Notes under the pieces: generated by a model
What the model saw: the letters and a program-made list of their open reading frames with translations, nothing else
Told to the model about the DNA's origin: nothing
The model's database searches: none
Made by a program: the position numbers and the translations under genes
Virus record (IMG/VR): IMGVR_UViG_3300025132_000193
Location: 1 to 30,140 of that record
DNA: 30,140 nt
Strand: one strand, 5' to 3'
Origin: a virus
Taxonomy: Duplodnaviria > Caudoviricetes
In this document: piece after piece, positions 25,800-30,140 of the stretch
How positions within the stretch are numbered: the first letter of the stretch is position 1
How the letters are laid out: every line of letters starts with the position of its first letter

Positions 25800-27662
25800 T
25801 CAGTATTTGATGATGGTGTCCCGTGCTATGACCTTGATGGTCTTTGGCATAATTTTGAGTGTTGACTTCACCATACCCTTATCTTCGGGAATTTGGAGTG
25901 GTGCTTCAATGATAACATAATCATCAATGATAATCATCATACGCTCGGTGTGATTAGTACCGCTGGTCGTTGTCTTTTCAAAGTTGATACGAATTTGATT
26001 GTTGGTATTACCTTCAATGTTGGTGCTAAATTCTTCTGCTGAACGCATTTTATGGTAGAACAGTGGGTCATCGACACCAATTTCCATGGTCATTTCGTAG
26101 GAAGTCTGCCCTTCAACCATGAGGTTCGTATTTCGTGAGCCTCCAAACGGCACTTGTTCTGTGGCGGTATTAACGCTACTTTGTCCACCGATAGTGTGGA
26201 ATGCTTGCATACCAGTTTGACCAGTAAGGGTGAAATTCAAAACCTGTCCAACCTGCACACCAGCCATGTTGATAGTACCGTTGTAAAACATAAATGGTTT
26301 TTGCGTCTTAACCCCAATGCCCGAAATCAATCTTCCGTTGTTATCCACAGCGGTATCGTCAAACATACGGTGTGCGGCATAGTTGGACACTCCACCGCTC
26401 AAACGCCCTGTATCCGTGTAGCACAAAGCGGCGTTAAAGTTCACAGCCAAGCGGAGTGCGGCATCGTTGTCTGTCGTGAGGGTAAAGTCAGTAACTTTAC
26501 ATCCACGGAACACACGAGTCAACTCTTTAGAATCTGTAGCCCCACCATCAGTACCACCTTCGTTTGAGTCAACATTGCGTCGTCGTTGTGAAACTTCAAG
26601 AGCAAACGATGGCTGGTAAGTGTGTGTGAAAAGCAAGTGAGTTTGCGAATCAGTAATCACACCTGCGCTGGTGATTTCAGGAGGGTTGGTACCAGTCGTT
26701 GCGTAATCACGAAGACGCACATCCTCACCAGTTGCGTGTGAAAAAAGAAGAGGTTCGTCCAAATAGATGCGAGTTCCATCCACACCGATGATGCGGCGAG
26801 CCTCGTGCTTGTTAGCCTTGTCAAAGTCGGTGTCTGTAAAAGTGCCATCCCATGTGCCACCATCTGCTTCGTGCGTAGTAACAATAGGTACAGCCACTTC
26901 TTCTTCAATGATAACATACTTGTTGATTGCAAAATCGGATGAATCAGCAACTTTGATGTAAGATTGTCCCGCTTCTGTAGCCCCATCAAGTGTAGTAGTG
27001 ACCGACGATGCTTCACCGTCTTCAACAACTTCTCCACCAAGACAGTATTTGAGCCACCGCCCTGTGTGCATAGCAACTTCAAAGGAGCCGCCTTCGGTGG
27101 TCATTTTACCCGGTACCTGCACGCTTGTATCTCGACCAAGGCCGACAACATGAAATCGCTTCAAATCCACTTTGGTTTCGGGCACAGTAAGAGCATTGGT
27201 GATACCGATAAATTGGTCAGTAAGCACCGCTTCACTGCTACCAGCGAAGGTCATACTTGTGTTAAGCGGTGGGGTTTTGTACGATAGAATATGCATATCT
27301 GTTTTGTTATTGATTACGGTAGCATTAGCGGTAAAAGTTTGTGGGCTAATTTTGAGTACATCACCATCATTTGATACAATGGTAAATACCCTGTCCATGT
27401 CTTTACTGTCAAGGTTAGTAGAAGCCGCATTTTGTGTGAATTTGAGTTGAGAACCAACCAACATGCCGGAAGGGTACTTCAACTTGTCAGTAACAAACAA
27501 TACAGTGTTTGCTTGTGAAGTGAAAGTGATGGTGGAAAAATCGTCACCAGCGGTTTTGGTAATAGTGGCGGTCACATCTGTACCACCCGGTGTAATGGTA
27601 ATCCCCGTTTCGGGTGCGAATGAAACTTCTGCTAAGTCGCCCTTGTACACTGTTGATGGCAT
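25800..27662 (-). CDS. Major tail tube protein with inserted decoration domains (620 aa)
   Basis: AGGTGA RBS. Tube-like segments include VGLGRD..PGKMTTEGGSFEV, PSFALEV..RVFRGCKVTDFTLT..LRLAVNF and PFMFYNGTI..VLNFTLTG..EGQTSYEMTMEI. It follows the terminator, and no sheath gene is adjacent. Confidence 0.75.
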   Translation of the reverse strand: MPSTVYKGDLAEVSFAPETGITITPGGTDVTATITKTAGDDFSTITFTSQANTVLFVTDKLKYPSGMLVGSQLKFTQNAASTNLDSKDMDRVFTIVSNDGDVLKISPQTFTANATVINNKTDMHILSYKTPPLNTSMTFAGSSEAVLTDQFIGITNALTVPETKVDLKRFHVVGLGRDTSVQVPGKMTTEGGSFEVAMHTGRWLKYCLGGEVVEDGEASSVTTTLDGATEAGQSYIKVADSSDFAINKYVIIEEEVAVPIVTTHEADGGTWDGTFTDTDFDKANKHEARRIIGVDGTRIYLDEPLLFSHATGEDVRLRDYATTGTNPPEITSAGVITDSQTHLLFTHTYQPSFALEVSQRRRNVDSNEGGTDGGATDSKELTRVFRGCKVTDFTLTTDNDAALRLAVNFNAALCYTDTGRLSGGVSNYAAHRMFDDTAVDNNGRLISGIGVKTQKPFMFYNGTINMAGVQVGQVLNFTLTGQTGMQAFHTIGGQSSVNTATEQVPFGGSRNTNLMVEGQTSYEMTMEIGVDDPLFYHKMRSAEEFSTNIEGNTNNQIRINFEKTTTSGTNHTERMMIIIDDYVIIEAPLQIPEDKGMVKSTLKIMPKTIKVIARDTIIKY

Positions 27663-27668
27663 GTTTGT

Positions 27669-27674
27669 TCACCT
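27669..27674 (-). promoter_or_regulatory. Ribosome-binding site AGGTGA of the tail tube gene
   Basis: CCATAGGTGAACAAACATG, with a 6-nt spacer to the ATG at 27662. Confidence 0.7.
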
Positions 27675-28125
27675 ATGGTATTAATTCTGCAAGTATTACG
27701 ACTTCGATTTGGAAAGTCATACGGAAAAGAAATTTGCTTCGGTCACTCAAATCAGTGCGGGTTTTGAACACCAACCTGTCAAAGTTTGTACCGTCACCTT
27801 TTCTTTTTGAATGCACCACTCTCCGAACTTCATTCTCAAGGGCTTGTAAATGCTTGCGCCCCTTAATTGTTCTCACATCGACTGTGATATTTATGCGTGT
27901 CGTTACAAAGTCGTAAAAAAGTTCGGGTGCTTCCTCGTTGTGAGCGGTTTCGTACACCAACACATAATCGTGCTTGTCTAAGTCAAGACGCTTACCATGT
28001 TCAGCCGTAGTGTCTGCAATATCAACCACCACAGGGCGATAATTACTGGTGTTACCACGGTTCCATTCCGTCTTGAATAGTCCTATAATAACATCCAAAC
28101 CCTCAGTCCATGTGGCTACCATCAC
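27673..28125 (-). CDS. Tail terminator / tail completion protein (about 150 aa; start GTG 28125 or ATG 28122)
   Basis: Size, position just before the tube, and the pattern ITVDVRT...LENEVRRVV...FRMTFQIEV (lambda gpU / SPP1 gp17-like topology). AGGAGG RBS. Confidence 0.65.
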   Translation of the reverse strand: MMVATWTEGLDVIIGLFKTEWNRGNTSNYRPVVVDIADTTAEHGKRLDLDKHDYVLVYETAHNEEAPELFYDFVTTRINITVDVRTIKGRKHLQALENEVRRVVHSKRKGDGTNFDRLVFKTRTDLSDRSKFLFRMTFQIEVVILAELIP

Positions 28126-28490
28126 AATCCCTCCTTTTCGATGATTTTCTTAAAGTCGATAGGAATAATAAAACCGTTATCATAGCGCATGTTACTGCGT
28201 TCAAGGTCGGGATTTTGGCGTAGCATAGCATCATCCGTTTTATCTTGAATTGATTTGTATTCAATCTCACTGGCTGGCTCACCAGTTTTGTTGTTAATGG
28301 CTACACCATCTTGCATGGAGAAGCCCTTAGCACCCGCTTCGATACGCTCCATTTGCTTACGAAAAGCGGCAGGTAATGTCGTGAATTGCTCACGAAATTG
28401 CTGTTGCATTTGTTTATCTTTTTTGAAAATTTCTTCAATCATACGCTGATGAATTGTTTCACCTTGCTTGAGAAAATCACGCTGATTCAT
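28122..28490 (-). CDS. Hypothetical neck-region protein (122 aa)
   Basis: Coupled by overlaps at both ends; helical and Gln/Glu/Lys-rich. I recognise no domain. Confidence 0.7.
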   Translation of the reverse strand: MNQRDFLKQGETIHQRMIEEIFKKDKQMQQQFREQFTTLPAAFRKQMERIEAGAKGFSMQDGVAINNKTGEPASEIEYKSIQDKTDDAMLRQNPDLERSNMRYDNGFIIPIDFKKIIEKEGL

Positions 28491-30067
28491 TCAAACACCA
28501 CTAATTCAACATACTTTGGTAGAGTTCTTTCAATTTCTGCTTGATACAACTGTACCTTGCTTGCGAGGTCAATGTTCTGTGTGCCTTCGGGGATAAGCAC
28601 GCTACGGTCGTCAGCCATCAGTAATTCAATAGCCACCATCTTCGTGCATATGTCTTCGATGGCTTTCTCAACATATCGCTCACCGTAGATGTAAGCCACC
28701 TTGATAGCGTTCCATTCAAAGAACGGATAGGAATTGTTGAAGTAGATAATACCCATTTCGTAATCAATCCACCAGTCACGAAGGCGACCCACATCACCAC
28801 TACCACTACCACCCTGTAGGTCAACAAGGAAAGACTTCTGTGTGATAGCACCTGTAATGTCTCCTAAACTACCAGTGACAGCCACACATCCTGTAAAGGA
28901 GGTAGCGGTTTTACCTGTGTATCGGAACACATCACCGCTTGCATCAATAGCAACACCAGCGTTTACGAATCCTTCTGTAGATACTACATTGATAGTTGTA
29001 CTGTCAAGGCTTGTGAATGTAGTGCTGTTATTCTGTACTTGGTCAAGTTCAATGTCACTTGAAGTAGTGACGATACTACACACCTCACCAGCCTTGACAG
29101 GGCGCATTGAAGTGACCTTCACCACACCCGTACCAAGGTCACTGTTGGCTGATGCCAAGAACTCATTGTGAACTGCCACATTAGAAGATGAACCCTCTAA
29201 AATAAATGCTGGTGAAAATTCTATAGCGGCCTTATTCACCCTGTTCTCTTTGTTGATGAGGTCTGCGAGATTTTGTGCTACGGTTGTCGCTTCAAAATCA
29301 TCACGCCATTGACCTGTACCAGTACCCTGTGCAAGTGTGGCTACTGTTCCGTTACCGGGAGAGAGAAAAATACTTGCTGATGAAAGGTTTGACACATCAT
29401 TCAATTTGATGCGACATTCAGCGGCACCAATTTCACGATAATCATCACCTTGCCACAATTCAAGGCGAAGAATTTGTTGAATGTTACGGAATAGAAGAGG
29501 ACTGGTACCGACATAATCAGTGTAGTATCGTCGTCGGTATGGTTTGTATGTATCGAAATTGATGTATTCAGCGGCCACTAAATATGGTCGCCATGCGTTG
29601 CGTGTCATGTTGTCAATGCGGTCTTGCATCTTGAGAATGACATGCTCAACCTTTGCTTTAGTCATACCACGAGTACGACCATTAGTGAATGATGCTTGGT
29701 TTTGTACATAGCCGTTGTCAGCCACTTGGTATTCTGCGGCTGTCAGTGTCGCACCAGTGAATGTGACCTTAACATGTCCAGCCTTTCCTCCCGTACCCTT
29801 GGTTATCGAGGCTATTGTCAAATCTTCTTCGCCCAGTGGGTCAGCATCACTGTACACACGAATTTTGTCGCCTACGCTAAAGCCGACTTGTCGTAGTTCG
29901 TTTCCTGTGATATACACAGCATCAGTATCAGCATCAGCACTCATCAAGATAGCATCTTGCGGCCCAATGTCCAATAGGTCAGCAACTTGTTGAGCGGTAC
30001 AATATACAACAGCAGACGGGTCAAGTGGCCGGGTTTCCGGCTCACCGGGACTGAACACTACTGGCAT
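28487..30067 (-). CDS. Head-tail adaptor (SPP1 gp15 / HK97 gp6-like) enlarged by inserted domains (526 aa)
   Basis: N-terminal YCTAQQVADLL, central IDNMTRNAW and C-terminal IKVAYIYGERYVEKAIEDICTKMVAIELL match the adaptor pattern. GGAGG RBS. Confidence 0.7.
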   Translation of the reverse strand: MPVVFSPGEPETRPLDPSAVVYCTAQQVADLLDIGPQDAILMSADADTDAVYITGNELRQVGFSVGDKIRVYSDADPLGEEDLTIASITKGTGGKAGHVKVTFTGATLTAAEYQVADNGYVQNQASFTNGRTRGMTKAKVEHVILKMQDRIDNMTRNAWRPYLVAAEYINFDTYKPYRRRYYTDYVGTSPLLFRNIQQILRLELWQGDDYREIGAAECRIKLNDVSNLSSASIFLSPGNGTVATLAQGTGTGQWRDDFEATTVAQNLADLINKENRVNKAAIEFSPAFILEGSSSNVAVHNEFLASANSDLGTGVVKVTSMRPVKAGEVCSIVTTSSDIELDQVQNNSTTFTSLDSTTINVVSTEGFVNAGVAIDASGDVFRYTGKTATSFTGCVAVTGSLGDITGAITQKSFLVDLQGGSGSGDVGRLRDWWIDYEMGIIYFNNSYPFFEWNAIKVAYIYGERYVEKAIEDICTKMVAIELLMADDRSVLIPEGTQNIDLASKVQLYQAEIERTLPKYVELVVFE

Positions 30068-30080
30068 ACATTACCCTCCC

Positions 30081-30140
30081 TCACTTACCATGACAGAAAT
30101 CACAATTGTTGCAAAAATTGGGGTCTTTATCCATTCTTTG
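30081..30140 (-). CDS. 3' end of an upstream gene (…QRMDKDPNFCNNCDFCHGK*), Cys-rich
   Basis: Open frame from the window edge to TGA at 30081, ending just before the adaptor RBS. An alternative frame ending at 30071 is also open, so the frame is uncertain. Confidence 0.35.
   Translation of the reverse strand, partial: QRMDKDPNFCNNCDFCHGK

Larger units (their letters stand above)
1..30140 (-). mobile_element. Tailed dsDNA virus neck/tail morphogenesis module, probably an archaeal (marine Poseidoniales/magrovirus-like) virus
   Basis: All credible genes lie on the minus strand with ATGA/TAATG/TGATG overlaps. They follow the canonical order adaptor-terminator-tube-chaperones-tape measure-Dit-tip/hub-fibre, with no cellular housekeeping genes. 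RBS motifs are GAGGTGA/AGGTGA. Viral origin is well supported; the host assignment is inference. Confidence 0.88.

Noticed and set aside
28464-28490. MNQRDFLK at the start of the 122-aa gene as a fourth copy of the leader
   Set aside because: It has LK but lacks the A[WF]xx part, and the gene sits in a core neck position. The match is too weak to count.
233-29993. Numerous plus-strand ORFs and short nested minus-strand ORFs in the ORF track
   Set aside because: They are antisense or out-of-frame shadows of long minus-strand genes. They show no recognisable motifs, and the minus-strand genes already tile the window almost without gaps.
22233-30067. Contractile injection system, tailocin or gene transfer agent
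   Set aside because: There is no sheath, baseplate wedge (gpJ/gp25) or flanking cellular gene. A head-tail adaptor and the site avoidance point to a genuine virus.
1-30140. tRNA/rRNA genes, terminators or internal promoters
   Set aside because: Intergenic gaps are at most about 15 nt. I saw no cloverleaf, hairpin-plus-U-tract or clearly placed TATA/BRE element.

Overview
The window is a continuous, tightly packed minus-strand morphogenesis operon of a tailed dsDNA virus (Caudoviricetes, probably non-contractile). In transcription order (30140 to 1) it encodes: head-tail adaptor, small neck protein, tail terminator, tail tube, SAP-motif protein, tail chaperone pair, short tape measure, distal-tail-like protein, a 5574-aa giant protein with an N-terminal LamG domain, two small accessory genes, baseplate hub, small fibre-attachment protein, a kinase-like accessory gene and a tail fibre. 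The tail fibre runs off the left edge and is missing from the ORF track. GAGGTGA/AGGTGA ribosome-binding sites and the gene set suggest an archaeal virus, possibly a marine Poseidoniales (MGII) magrovirus-type genome; this is inference, not a search result. The most notable observation is that three otherwise unrelated accessory genes share an N-terminal A-[WF]-x-x-L-K motif, which may be a capsid-targeting or protease-cleaved leader for packaged cargo. One cargo looks like a minimal protein kinase and another is a very basic, possibly DNA-condensing protein. Other observations are strong avoidance of GATC, AGCT, CTAG, GCWGC and YCWGR, a candidate -1 frameshift between the chaperones, a possible ATT start codon, and decoration modules shared among several virion proteins.
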